From NCBI GenBank assembly GCA_965203355.1, contig OZ241889.1, positions 2,528,001 through 2,592,000 on the forward strand: a DNA stretch of 64,000 nt, written 5' to 3'. Below are positions 1 to 9,762 of the stretch, one piece after another. Under the pieces are notes generated by a model. It worked only from the letters and a program-made list of their open reading frames with translations, searched no databases and was not told the origin of the DNA. Source of the DNA: Candidatus Latescibacterota bacterium. GTDB taxonomy: Bacteria > Latescibacterota > UBA2968 > UBA8231. Positions within the stretch are counted from its first letter, which is position 1. Each line of letters opens with the position of its first letter. The translations under genes and the position numbers were made by a program.

Positions 1-273
1 GGTGTAAAAGCGTTACATGCCGAACAGAAACAATTGTGGTACGCCCATACTGAAAAAGGCTTCTACGTGTCGCCACACGGGTCCCACACCAGCCGGAAAA
101 AGGACGGGGTTCGCCACCTCAAATGGGGCGAATTCCGCTGGCTCTTCGACGATGAACACACGGCCCACGGATGCCGAGGGGGGCGGGGGCTACTGACCAC
201 TGACCACGGACGCCGCTACCGCAGCAACACCAGCTTGCGCGTGAACACGTCGTCGGCCGTCACCAGCCGATAG
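1..273 (+). CDS. possible 3' end of a hypothetical protein entering from the left window edge
   Basis: Frame +1 is open from base 1 (GVKALHAEQKQLWYAHTEKGFYVSPHG...LKWGEFRWLFDDE) to TAG at 271-273; no recognisable motif, and it overlaps the 3' end of the convergent gene by 58 nt. Confidence 0.25.
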   Translation, partial: GVKALHAEQKQLWYAHTEKGFYVSPHGSHTSRKKDGVRHLKWGEFRWLFDDEHTAHGCRGGRGLLTTDHGRRYRSNTSLRVNTSSAVTSR

Positions 274-3161
274 AAGTACACGCCGCTGGCCACCGGACGC
301 CTCAAGTCGTCGTGGCCGTCCCAGTGCAGCCGATGGTAGCCAGCCGACTGCGGCCCTTCGGACAACACCGCCACCCGTTGGCCGCTCAGCGCGAACACTT
401 CCAGCCGCACCGGACCCGGCTCCAGCAGGAAATACGAAACAACGGTCTCGCTGTTGAACGGATTGGGCGCGTTTTGCCGCAGCTCGGTGCGGCTGGGCCG
501 GGCCACCCGTTTGCTATGAGCAAAAAAGTCGTCGAAGCCCGCGAACTTGGACGCTTGTCCCGTGGCCGTAAAGGTGAGCACCGTATCCAGCTCGGCGACC
601 GTGGCCGCAACAGTGTTGGTGCCCGGAGCGGGGCCGAGTCGCAGAAAGGTTCTGACGCGGCCACGGGCATCGGTGAGCACGTGGGTCGCCGACAGGGTCC
701 CGCCGCCGGCCGTGACAGCAAAGCGGACGACCGCCCCGGCGATGGGCTTGTCGTCTTCATCGAGTACGGAAACGACCAACGGCGCGGCCAGTTGCGCCCC
801 GGCCAGCCCGGCTTGCCCGTCGCCGGCTACCTTGGCCAGCCTATCGGGAAGTATCCCGCGCGCCGTAGCGGTAAAAGTAACCGTATCAACATCAGTCAGA
901 CTACGGGGAATCTGCCCGAGGGCCGTAGCAGTAAAAGTAACCGTATCAACATCAGCGACGGTGGCTACCACCGTGTTCGGCCCCAGATTGCGGCCCAGCG
1001 TCAGTATAGTTCTGGCGCGGCCATGGGCATCGGTGAAGGCGGTGGTATCCGAGAGGGTCCCGCCGCCGGCCGTAATAGCAAAGTGGACGACCGCCCCAGC
1101 GATGGGCTTGTCGTCTTCATCGAGTACGGAAACGACCAACGGCGCGGCCAGTTGCGCCCCGGCCAGCCCGGCTTGCCCGTCGCCGGCGACCTTGGCCAGC
1201 CTATCGGGAAGTGTCCCGAGTGCCGTAGCGGTAGCGGTAGCGGTAGCGGTAAAAGTAACCGTGTCAAGACCGGCGACCGTGGCCACCACCGTGTTCGGCC
1301 CCGGCGCCCGGCCCAGCGTCAGCGTACTGTAGGCGCGGCCATTCGATCCAGTGGAGTCGGTGGTATCCGAGAGGGTCCCGCCGCCGGCCGTGACAGCAAA
1401 GCGGACGACCGCCCCGACAAAGAGCTTGCCGTTTTGATCGGACACGGAAACGACAAACGGCTCAGACAACGTGGTGTCGGCTTGGCCTACTTGTCCATCG
1501 CCGGAGAATTTAGTCAAGGTATAGGGCACGGCCTGTTGGACGACGGGGGTTTGCACTGGCTCTCTGACGACGGGGGTTTGCACCGGCTCTCTGACGACGG
1601 GAGTTTGCACCGGCTCTCTGACGACAGGGGTTTGCACCGGCTCTCTGACGACAGGGGTTTGCACCGGCTCGTTGACGACGGGGGTTTGCACCGGCTCATT
1701 GACGACGGGGGCAGTATCCGCTTCGCGCGCCGTAGCGGTAAAAGTAACCGCATCAAGACCGGCGACCGTGGCCTCCACCGTGTTCGGCCCCGGAGTGCTG
1801 CCCAGCGTCAGCGTACTGCGGGCGCGACCATTCGATCCGGTGGAGGCGGTGGCATCCGAAAGCGTCCCACCGCCGGCCGTGACTGAAAAGCGGACGACCG
1901 CTCCGGCAAAGGGCGTGCCGTTTTGATCGGACGCGGAAACGACAAACGGCTCAGACAACGTAGTGCCGGTTTGGCCTACTTGTCCATCACCGGAGACTTT
2001 AGTCAAGGTAGAGACGACAGCAGGCTCCGCTTCAAGCACAAATTCTCTATGGGTTATATTCCCATCCTTATCAACGACCTTGATCTGCATCGCATGCTCG
2101 CTTGTATCGGAAAGACTTGCAGAAGACGAAGATGGAATAGTGCCGTCATACTCGAATTTAACAACGGCCTTTTTCTTTTTTTTGGCTTTCCATCCACGAC
2201 ATGCTACCAATTCATACGATCCAACGCTGATGTGCCCGGTCCGTGTTTTGCTTTGTAGCAACACCTGATGAAGCCCTTTCGAAGCACCGACTTCGAGTTC
2301 GATAGGGACACTCGCTGCTCCCGCCGGATAGGTCAGCGGCGAAGTGAATCTGATGGAAGGACTCTGCTTGCTCTGGCTAACTGAGCTACTGGATTTGAAG
2401 TAGGGATGCACAGCCAAGAGTCTAGCATGACAGGCGGCCAAAGTCACGCCGTTTGCGACAGTCCCCCAGTGAGTACGACCGTACGACATGATGTTGACCC
2501 TGTCGCTGAAGTCGTGCTTCAAACCAAAGGCATGTCCAAATTCATGGACTTGAGACGCCAAAGGTGTTTCTGTGGAATGTATCATCGCATATCCACCACT
2601 CTTCCCCCGGTGGAATCCCATCCCACCTATCCATTTGGATTCGGTCCACTCTTCTTTTTTTAGCGTTAAACGAAAGTCAACGCTGATAAAATAAATGTTC
2701 GCCTCGAGATCAAACGTCTGTCCAATTTCATCTCTCACTTTAGGAGCCCCATTTTCTCCGTAGTTACTTACTGCGTATTGCCCATCGACGCGATGTACCA
2801 GCGGTTCGCCCGATTCATCGGTTTCAAAGCTGAACGTTTTTTTACCGTAGCCATTTGCTTGCATCTGGGCAGCAAAAAAAGCCTGTATCTGCTTTATAGA
2901 GGCTTTCATGCTATTGACCGATGCTTGAATGAAAGGGCTGTTTTTAGGCACGAAGTAAATCATCCGCACCGTCCGCGGTTGGCCTGCTTGCAGGTCCGCT
3001 AGCCGCTTGGCCGCCGGCCGGGGATGATGCTCGGGCTCAAACGGCAGGCAAAAATGCACGCTGCCGGTAGGTTGAGAAGAAGCAGCATGGACGACCGATT
3101 GTGGCGAAAGAATAAGGACGATTAACGCAAAAAAGGTAGCATGACCAATGAGGGTTTTCAT
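216..3161 (-). CDS. secreted metzincin-type zinc metallopeptidase with four Big_1/invasin Ig-like domains, a Pro/Val-rich repeat linker and a C-terminal FlgD/T9SS-type sorting domain
   Basis: N-terminal signal peptide; HEFGHAFGLKH (HExxHxxGxxH) plus NIMSY Met-turn; four 'KVxGDGQxG...VVRFAVTAGGGTLS...GPNTVxATVA' domains; C-terminal QNAPNPFN...SGVYFYRL...TRKLVLLR; AGGAG SD upstream. Confidence 0.85.
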   Translation of the reverse strand: MKTLIGHATFFALIVLILSPQSVVHAASSQPTGSVHFCLPFEPEHHPRPAAKRLADLQAGQPRTVRMIYFVPKNSPFIQASVNSMKASIKQIQAFFAAQMQANGYGKKTFSFETDESGEPLVHRVDGQYAVSNYGENGAPKVRDEIGQTFDLEANIYFISVDFRLTLKKEEWTESKWIGGMGFHRGKSGGYAMIHSTETPLASQVHEFGHAFGLKHDFSDRVNIMSYGRTHWGTVANGVTLAACHARLLAVHPYFKSSSSVSQSKQSPSIRFTSPLTYPAGAASVPIELEVGASKGLHQVLLQSKTRTGHISVGSYELVACRGWKAKKKKKAVVKFEYDGTIPSSSSASLSDTSEHAMQIKVVDKDGNITHREFVLEAEPAVVSTLTKVSGDGQVGQTGTTLSEPFVVSASDQNGTPFAGAVVRFSVTAGGGTLSDATASTGSNGRARSTLTLGSTPGPNTVEATVAGLDAVTFTATAREADTAPVVNEPVQTPVVNEPVQTPVVREPVQTPVVREPVQTPVVREPVQTPVVREPVQTPVVQQAVPYTLTKFSGDGQVGQADTTLSEPFVVSVSDQNGKLFVGAVVRFAVTAGGGTLSDTTDSTGSNGRAYSTLTLGRAPGPNTVVATVAGLDTVTFTATATATATALGTLPDRLAKVAGDGQAGLAGAQLAAPLVVSVLDEDDKPIAGAVVHFAITAGGGTLSDTTAFTDAHGRARTILTLGRNLGPNTVVATVADVDTVTFTATALGQIPRSLTDVDTVTFTATARGILPDRLAKVAGDGQAGLAGAQLAAPLVVSVLDEDDKPIAGAVVRFAVTAGGGTLSATHVLTDARGRVRTFLRLGPAPGTNTVAATVAELDTVLTFTATGQASKFAGFDDFFAHSKRVARPSRTELRQNAPNPFNSETVVSYFLLEPGPVRLEVFALSGQRVAVLSEGPQSAGYHRLHWDGHDDLRRPVASGVYFYRLVTADDVFTRKLVLLR
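694..1212. repeat. near-identical internal duplication (about 160 bp, offset 360 bp) between Ig-like domains 3 and 4
   Basis: 694-852 matches 1054-1212 with few mismatches; Ig domains 1 and 2 (about 1735-2010 and 1245-1520) are likewise similar to each other. Confidence 0.85.
1539..1711. repeat. 27-bp coding tandem repeat, 6 full copies plus a partial copy (VV[N/R]EPVQTP)
   Basis: Unit GACGACGGGGGTTTGCACCGGCTCTCT repeated head-to-tail with no spacers. Confidence 0.95.
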
Positions 3162-3299
3162 GGGGGCACTCCTTTAGCTAGCTAATATCGCGCAAGGACG
3201 AGAAAGCGATTTATGCCCTTTAGGTTAATAATTTTTACAGAGCCTGCGCAAATACGCCAAGCTCGCGGGCGTCGTCGCAGAAAAGCACAAAGGGGTTGT

Positions 3300-3764
3300 T
3301 CAGGGAGGCGGCTCCCCGCGCGAAAATGCTCGGGCGATCTGGTCGCAGCGCTCGTTGTTTGGATCGCCGGCGTGGCCTTGGGTGTATTGCCACTGGATGG
3401 CGGGCGTATTGAGTTGGTCTAGGATGCGCCACAAATCTTGGTTGAGTACGGGCTTTTTGCTCGCTGTGCGCCAGCCCCGCCGCTTCCAGCCGTGAATCCA
3501 CTCGGTAATGCCCTTGCGCAGGTACTCGCTGTCCGTAACGAGCGTGATGGCAACGCCGGGTGGCGCGGCGCGCAGCCCTTCGATGGCCGCTTGTAACTCC
3601 ATGCGATTGTTGGTCGTCTCTGGCGCAAAACCACCCAACTCCACCACGCGGCCATCGCCGTAGAGCAGCCGAGCGGCCCATCCGCCTGGTCCCGGATTGA
3701 ACGAGCAGGCCCCGTCGGTGAAAATGGTCACGGTTTGCGCGGAATTGGCTGGCTGTTGTAGCAC
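3300..3764 (-). CDS. rnhA: ribonuclease HI
   Basis: [54 protein letters not shown] motifs. Confidence 0.95.
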   Translation of the reverse strand: MLQQPANSAQTVTIFTDGACSFNPGPGGWAARLLYGDGRVVELGGFAPETTNNRMELQAAIEGLRAAPPGVAITLVTDSEYLRKGITEWIHGWKRRGWRTASKKPVLNQDLWRILDQLNTPAIQWQYTQGHAGDPNNERCDQIARAFSRGEPPP

Positions 3765-3924
3765 TGGATTTGCCTTTATTTGAGGTGAGCCGCTAGTTTG
3801 CTAGCATAAAACATGGTGCGCGCGGCGGCAATTGAGGCGGGTAGGAGCAGGCCCATTTGTGCCGAAGGTGATTGCCCTTAGATTAGGGGCTTCCTTTATC
3901 CGAATCGCAAAGAGAAAATGCAAT

Positions 3925-5319
3925 ATGGCAGCGTATGATGTGGTAGTTATTGGCGGTGGCCCAGGCGGGTATTCGGCCGCCATTCGCGCCCGGCAGTTGG
4001 GGTTAAAAACCGCGCTGGTTGAGGACGCTGAGTTGGGCGGCACCTGTCTCAACTGGGGCTGCATTCCCACCAAGGCTCTGCTCAAGCAAGCCGAAGTGTA
4101 CCAGCTTTTCTTGCGCGCCGACGAATTCGGCTTGCGCGTTGACCAGCCGGCCGTGGATTGGGATGCCGTCATTGGCCGGAGCCGCCAAGTCGCCGCGCAG
4201 TTGTCCAAAGGCGTGGCTTATCTGATGCAGAAGAACCAAGTCGAAGTGTTCGCTGGCCGAGGCCGGTTGACGCCCAGCCGCCAAGTCGCGGTTGAGGATG
4301 CCGAGGGGGCGGTCGTGGCCGAGCTGGACGCCGCACACGTGGTGCTGGCTACTGGCGCGTGCCCCAAATCCATTCCGGGCGTGGAATTCGATGGCGAGCG
4401 GATCATCGCCAGCCGCGAAGCCATGGTCGTGGCCGAGCAGCCCGCTTCCCTCGCCATCATTGGGGCCGGGGCCATTGGCGTAGAGTTCGCCTATTTCTAT
4501 CGCGCCTTTGGCAGCAACGTGTTGCTTTTGGAAGCCCTGCCTCAGGTCTTGCCGCGCGAAGACGAGGAGATCGCCGCGGGGCTGGCCGAGTGCTTGACGC
4601 GGCAGGGGATCGAGGTGGTGACCGGAGCCAAGGTTGAGGAGGTCAAAAGACAAAAGCGCGGGGTTGCGTTGCGTTACCGGGTCGGCCAAGAGCAGCAGAC
4701 GCGGAGGGTGGAACGAGTCTTGGTTGCCACGGGCGTCGAGGGCCATATCGAGGGGCTGGGGCTGGCAGTGCTGGGCATCCGCACCCGCGACGGCGCGATT
4801 GTGGTTGATGAGCGGATGCAGACCAGTGCCCAGGGCATCTACGCGATTGGCGATGTGGCCGGTCCACCGCTCTTGGCGCACGCGGCCGCGCAGGAAGGGA
4901 TCGCCGCTGTCGAATTTATAGCGGGCCGGGACCGGCCCACCTTGGACCCGCGCCAAGTGCCCAACTGCATCTATTGCCAGCCGCAAGTGGCCAGCGTCGG
5001 CCTGAGCGAAAGCCAAGCGCGCGCCGCCGGATACGACGTCAAGGTCGGGCGCTTCCCGTTTGCAGCCAGTGGCAAGGCGCAAGCGGCCGGGGAGACCGAG
5101 GGCTTGGTCAAGTTGGTTTTTGACGCACGCTACGGCGAGTTGCTGGGCGGGGCCGTGTTGGGGGCCGAGGCCACGGAATTGATCGCCGAATTGACGCTGG
5201 CCCTCCGGCTCGAAGCCACCTATGAAGAGCTGTTGCTGACCGTGCACGCCCATCCAACGCTGTCCGAGGCCGTGATGGAAGCGGCCGGACAGGCTTTTGG
5301 CGAGGCGATCAACTGTTGA
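3925..5319 (+). CDS. lpdA: dihydrolipoyl dehydrogenase
   Basis: YDVVVIGGGPGGY, redox disulfide GGTCLNWGCIPTK, GAGAIGVEFA, C-terminal HPTLSE; start placed at ATG 3925. Confidence 0.95.
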   Translation: MAAYDVVVIGGGPGGYSAAIRARQLGLKTALVEDAELGGTCLNWGCIPTKALLKQAEVYQLFLRADEFGLRVDQPAVDWDAVIGRSRQVAAQLSKGVAYLMQKNQVEVFAGRGRLTPSRQVAVEDAEGAVVAELDAAHVVLATGACPKSIPGVEFDGERIIASREAMVVAEQPASLAIIGAGAIGVEFAYFYRAFGSNVLLLEALPQVLPREDEEIAAGLAECLTRQGIEVVTGAKVEEVKRQKRGVALRYRVGQEQQTRRVERVLVATGVEGHIEGLGLAVLGIRTRDGAIVVDERMQTSAQGIYAIGDVAGPPLLAHAAAQEGIAAVEFIAGRDRPTLDPRQVPNCIYCQPQVASVGLSESQARAAGYDVKVGRFPFAASGKAQAAGETEGLVKLVFDARYGELLGGAVLGAEATELIAELTLALRLEATYEELLLTVHAHPTLSEAVMEAAGQAFGEAINC

Positions 5320-5335
5320 GAGTTAGGAATTGGGC

Positions 5336-6559
5336 ATGGGCAATGTAGAGTCGCGGGGCATAGAGGCTCCCGCGCTGCCACCGCTCGACCAGCTCCTGCC
5401 GGCTGAGCCGCTGCTGTTGATGGGGGCTGGGCCGGTGCCGGTGGCGGCCGAGGTTGCGCGCGCTGGTGGTATGGTTATCAACCACTTAGGGCCGACGATG
5501 GATCGGCTGGTCGAGCACATCAAACGGTTGGCTGGCTACGCCTTTCAGACGGCCGACGAGCACATCTTGGGGGTTGGGGGGCCAGCGTCGGCCGCCATGG
5601 AGATGGCGATGGGCAATCTGTTGTGGCCGGGTCGCCGCGCCTTGGTGCTGCAAAACGGCTGGTTTAGTGGGCGTTTCGCCGAGATGGCGGCTGGTGTGGG
5701 GGCTGAAGTCGAAGTGCTGGCCGTGCCCGAAGGGCAGGCTGTCTGCGCCGAGCGCGTTGCCGAGTGCCTCAAGAGTCAGCACTACGACGTGGTGACGATG
5801 GTACAGGGCGAGACCTCCAGTGGCGTCTGCACGGTGGAGCTCCCGGCGATTGTCCGCTTGTGTCGCGAGCACGGGGCGCTGGCGGTCGTCGATGCGGTCT
5901 GCACGTTGAGTACTATGCCATTGGAAAAGGACGCTTGGGGCATTGACGTGGTTTTCACGGGCAGCCAAAAGGGCCTGTCGTCGCTGCCGGGCGTGGCGCT
6001 CATTGCCTTTTCCGCCGCGGCTTGGGCGCAGGTGCAGCAGCATCCCGGGCCTAGGCCGCACTGGTGCTTGGACGCCTTGCGGGCGCAGGGCTTTTGGCAG
6101 CACCACCAGTATCACTACACGGCGCCGGTCTCCGGGCTATTGGCCCTGCACGAGGCCCTGCGGCTGGTATGCGAGGAGACGCTGGAGCGTCGCTTTGCGC
6201 GGCATCGGCACTCGTCGCTGGCTCTGCAAGCGGGCATCGAGAAGATGGGCCTCGTGCTGAATGCGCCGCGTCGCATTCGCCTCGGCTCCGTGGTGGCAAT
6301 CCAAGTGCCCGCTGGGGTGGATAGCGCTCGAGTGCGCGCCGATATGTCAAACCGCTTCCACGTCGAAATCTCCGGGGCCTTTGGCCTCGACATCGTGCGC
6401 ATCGGCCAGATGGGCGAGCAGTGCCGAGCGCCCCACTTGTTCCGCGTGTTGCACGCCTTGGGCGGTGCTTTGGCGCACGAAGGAGCCAGCGTCGATACCA
6501 GCGCCGGCATGGCGGCCCTGGAGTATTATTTAGCAGGCTATGCGGACGATTTGTTTTGA
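5336..6559 (+). CDS. alanine-glyoxylate / serine-pyruvate aminotransferase family (class V PLP enzyme)
   Basis: LLMGAGP, ETSSGV, VDAVCTL, PLP lysine in GSQKGL, YHYTAP, VRIGQMG. Confidence 0.9.
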   Translation: MGNVESRGIEAPALPPLDQLLPAEPLLLMGAGPVPVAAEVARAGGMVINHLGPTMDRLVEHIKRLAGYAFQTADEHILGVGGPASAAMEMAMGNLLWPGRRALVLQNGWFSGRFAEMAAGVGAEVEVLAVPEGQAVCAERVAECLKSQHYDVVTMVQGETSSGVCTVELPAIVRLCREHGALAVVDAVCTLSTMPLEKDAWGIDVVFTGSQKGLSSLPGVALIAFSAAAWAQVQQHPGPRPHWCLDALRAQGFWQHHQYHYTAPVSGLLALHEALRLVCEETLERRFARHRHSSLALQAGIEKMGLVLNAPRRIRLGSVVAIQVPAGVDSARVRADMSNRFHVEISGAFGLDIVRIGQMGEQCRAPHLFRVLHALGGALAHEGASVDTSAGMAALEYYLAGYADDLF

Positions 6560-6609
6560 CCTTTTAATGGATAGTTTAATTGGCTGCGTTTCTGTAGAAA
6601 GGACTACTG

Positions 6610-7716
6610 ATGAGTGATGCCCTAGCCCACCCAACCTACGAAAGCCTCGGTGTGCGTCCCCTGATCAACTGCCAAGGGACTTATACCATTATCAGCGGCT
6701 CGCTGATCTTGCCGGAGGTGCGGCAGGCCATGGTCGAGGCCTCCAAGCAATACGTCCACCTCGACGAACTAATGGAGGCGGTCGGAACGCGCATCGGTGC
6801 GCTGATGCAGTGCGAGTGGGGGCTTGTTACCAATGGTTGCGCCGCGGCGTTGTGCCAGGTTACGGCCGCTTGCGTGGCTGGCACGGATCCCGAGAAAATG
6901 GCGCGCCTGCCCGACACTACGGGCATGAAAAACCAAGTTCTCGTCCAGCCGAGTCACCGCCATGTGTACGATCACGCTGTACGCATGGTCGGCGTCGAAA
7001 TAATTGAGGTCGAGACGCGCGCCGACCTAGAGGCGGCGCTGTCGGACCGCACGGCCATGCTGTTGGTGTTTGGCGATGCGGCCGAGCGCGGAGCGATTTC
7101 GGTGGCGGATATGGCGGCGGCTGGCCGCCGCCGCGGCGTGCCGACGTTTGTCGATGCTGCGGCCGAGCGGCCGGACGCGCCCAACTGGTATCTGGAGCAG
7201 GGAGCTGATGCGGTCGCCTATTCGGGCGGCAAGTGTCTGCGCGGGCCGCAGGCGGCGGGCTTGGTTTTGGGCCGCAAAAAACTGTTGCAGGCGGCCTTCC
7301 TCAACGGGGCACCGCACCACGCGCTGGGGAGGCCGATGAAGGCGGGCAAGGAAGAAATCATGGGGCTGTTGGCGGCGGTGGAGCAGTGGGTGGTGCGCGA
7401 CCACGAGGCCGAGTGGCGGGATTGGGAGCGGCGGCTCTCCGTCATCGCCGACGCCGTGGAAAAGTTTCCCTCGGTGGCGACGCGAGTCACTCAGCCCGGG
7501 CGCTCGAATGTTGCGCCGAACTTGGCGGTGGGCTGGGACCGAGACCAGCTAGCGATTAGCGGCCACGCGCTGGCGCGAAAGCTATCGGCTGGCCAACCGC
7601 GCATCGAAATCTCGGCCCACGACAACGGCTTTGGGATTAATCCTTATATGATGGAGCCGGGCGAGGAAGATATTGTGGCGCGGCGGGTGCGCGAGGTTTT
7701 GGCCGCGGTTGCCTAG
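6610..7716 (+). CDS. SelA-like PLP-dependent enzyme (DgaE / short SelA-related family)
   Basis: LGVRPLINCQGTYT, VDAAAE, YSGGKCLRGPQAAG, GRPMKAGKEEI; 368 aa, lacking the N-terminal tRNA-binding domain of true SelA. Confidence 0.8.
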   Translation: MSDALAHPTYESLGVRPLINCQGTYTIISGSLILPEVRQAMVEASKQYVHLDELMEAVGTRIGALMQCEWGLVTNGCAAALCQVTAACVAGTDPEKMARLPDTTGMKNQVLVQPSHRHVYDHAVRMVGVEIIEVETRADLEAALSDRTAMLLVFGDAAERGAISVADMAAAGRRRGVPTFVDAAAERPDAPNWYLEQGADAVAYSGGKCLRGPQAAGLVLGRKKLLQAAFLNGAPHHALGRPMKAGKEEIMGLLAAVEQWVVRDHEAEWRDWERRLSVIADAVEKFPSVATRVTQPGRSNVAPNLAVGWDRDQLAISGHALARKLSAGQPRIEISAHDNGFGINPYMMEPGEEDIVARRVREVLAAVA

Positions 7717-7719
7717 TGA

Positions 7720-9762
7720 TTAGTTGGGCTGTTCGCCGCGGCGCAAGGCTACGGACAACGGCTGAGTCCGGTCCTTGTTGGGCTTTGAGCGCACCCGGCC
7801 GGTGCGGGGGTCCACGCTGTAGATCTGCACGTTCTCGGGCACGTTAAAATCCTGTTCCGGTCGCTCCTCATGCGCCGCAATCATAAAATCCGTCCAGATG
7901 GGCACGGCCCCGTTGCCGCCGGTAATCTGCACCCCGCGCGTATCCACCAGCTTATGGGTGCGGCGGTCGTCGAATCCCACCCAGACGCTGGCGATTAAGT
8001 CCGGCGTGAAGCCCGTAAACCAAGCGTCGGTATTGTCGTTGGTCGTGCCGGTTTTGCCGGCGGTTGGCCGGGCAAAGCCCAACGTGCGCACTCGGCGGCC
8101 TGTGCCGCGATCTACGGTCTGGCGCAAGAGGTGGACCATCTGCGCGGCGAGGTCGGGCGCAATAGCTTGGCGGATCTGCGGTTGGTGAGTAAAGATCGGT
8201 TGGTCGTTGTCATCGACGATCCGCTCTATTAAGGTCGGCTTTACTTGCAAGCCGTAGTTGGCGAAAGTCCCGTACGCGGCGGCCATTTCCAACACGGTAA
8301 CTTCGGCCACGCCCAAGGCAATGCTCTTGTAGGCCCCTATGGGTCCGGCAAATCCCAAGCGGTGGGCTGTCTCGACGACGCGGTCCGGGCCGGCCAACTC
8401 GGAGATTTGTATGGCCGTGGAGTTGGCCGAGCGGACTAAGGCCCACGCCGCCGTCGTCCGCCCCAAGTAGCGGCCGCCGTAGTTGCGCGGTTGCCACTTT
8501 TGCCCGTTGACGATATAGGTGCGCCGCTGGTCGTTGAAGACGGAGACTGGGCTTATTTTGCCCGCTTCGAGCGCCGCTAGGTAAGCTATCGGCTTGAAGC
8601 CGGAGCCAGGCTGACGGCGGGCGGTGAGTGCGCGGTTGTAGTAGCTGACGAAAATGTCCCGACCCCCGACCATAGCCAGCACTTTCCCGGTCTGCGATAG
8701 GCACACCAACGCGCCTTGGACGTAGGATGGACGCTCGGCCATCGACGCTGCCGAATAGGGCTTAAATCCCAGCCGCTCATCCAACTGAACCAGCCCCTTG
8801 GTTACGGCTTCTTCGGCCGCATCTTGCATCGCAATGTCCAAGGTGGTATAGACTTTTAGGCTGCCGTAGTGCAAAGCGGCCGGGCCCCACTGCTGGATGA
8901 TCTCGGCGTTGATGGCTTCGACCCAATAGGGCACGGGGTTGCGGGGTGGGTAGCCGGGATTGATGAGATCTTCGGCGCGGATAGCGGCGTATTCTCGGCG
9001 CGTCTCCGGGGCGAGAAAGCCGCTGGCACCCAAGCGGTCGAACACGTGTTGCAGCCGCTCGGTGGCTCGTTTGGGATGTTGTAGGGGGTTGTACGCGGTC
9101 GGGGCGTTGATCTGGCCGATGAGCATGGCGGCGCGGGGCAGGCTCAGCGAGTCCGGGGTCGTGTTGAAAAAGGTGGCCGCGGCGTCGTGAATGCCGTAGG
9201 CGTTGGTGCCGTAGAAGACCTCGTTGAGGTACAGCTCTATGAGGCGATCTTTGTACGCCGGGTGGCCGGCCGCGTTGGTGTCTGGATACGAGGCGGCAAA
9301 GAAGGCCTCCAGTTGCACGGCGAGGAGTGCTTCCGACAGCTTGCGTTCAAAGGTTTTTTGCGGCGAAAAGAACAGGCGCTTGACGATCTGTTGGGTCAAG
9401 GTGCTGCCACCGCGCGTGATGCGACCCTCGCGCAGGTTGTCGCGCACCGCGCCGACAATGGACAGCAGGTCAACGCCGCGATGGTGGTAAAAGCGCGCGT
9501 CCTCGGTGGCGATGAGTGCTTGGACCACATGGGGGCTGATGCGTTTGAAGGGCACCCATTGGCGGCTCTGATTGAAGGTGTAGATGCGCTCGCCAGAAGC
9601 CGCGTACATCTCCGTGCCGGGACGAATGCCCAGTTCGTGCGGATCCGCGGGCAGGCTGGGCAAGGTCGGGGCCACGCGCCAGACGATGTATCCCACGCCT
9701 AACCCAGCCGCCAACACGAGGACTACGGTCAGGACTGCGCCGATGGTTAGTGCGCGTCTCAT
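7720..9762 (-). CDS. class A penicillin-binding protein (PBP1A family transglycosylase/transpeptidase)
   Basis: N-terminal TM anchor; EDARFYHHRG, GGSTLTQQ, RKLSE (transglycosylase); SGFK, SAN, KTGT (transpeptidase). Confidence 0.93.
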   Translation of the reverse strand: MRRALTIGAVLTVVLVLAAGLGVGYIVWRVAPTLPSLPADPHELGIRPGTEMYAASGERIYTFNQSRQWVPFKRISPHVVQALIATEDARFYHHRGVDLLSIVGAVRDNLREGRITRGGSTLTQQIVKRLFFSPQKTFERKLSEALLAVQLEAFFAASYPDTNAAGHPAYKDRLIELYLNEVFYGTNAYGIHDAAATFFNTTPDSLSLPRAAMLIGQINAPTAYNPLQHPKRATERLQHVFDRLGASGFLAPETRREYAAIRAEDLINPGYPPRNPVPYWVEAINAEIIQQWGPAALHYGSLKVYTTLDIAMQDAAEEAVTKGLVQLDERLGFKPYSAASMAERPSYVQGALVCLSQTGKVLAMVGGRDIFVSYYNRALTARRQPGSGFKPIAYLAALEAGKISPVSVFNDQRRTYIVNGQKWQPRNYGGRYLGRTTAAWALVRSANSTAIQISELAGPDRVVETAHRLGFAGPIGAYKSIALGVAEVTVLEMAAAYGTFANYGLQVKPTLIERIVDDNDQPIFTHQPQIRQAIAPDLAAQMVHLLRQTVDRGTGRRVRTLGFARPTAGKTGTTNDNTDAWFTGFTPDLIASVWVGFDDRRTHKLVDTRGVQITGGNGAVPIWTDFMIAAHEERPEQDFNVPENVQIYSVDPRTGRVRSKPNKDRTQPLSVALRRGEQPN

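Noticed and set aside
1539-1711. 27-bp repeats as a CRISPR array
   Set aside because: Head-to-tail with no unique spacers, and in frame within a CDS
312-1886. Long antisense or alternative-frame ORFs (e.g. 312..1886, 4003..5253, 38990..39883, 58771..59754, 61642..62574)
   Set aside because: Shadow ORFs of well-supported genes in GC-rich DNA, with no motifs of their own
6610-7716. True selenocysteine synthase SelA serving the Sec-FDH
   Set aside because: Too short, lacks the SelA N-terminal domain, has no adjacent selB/selC, and its motifs fit the DgaE/SelA-like family better
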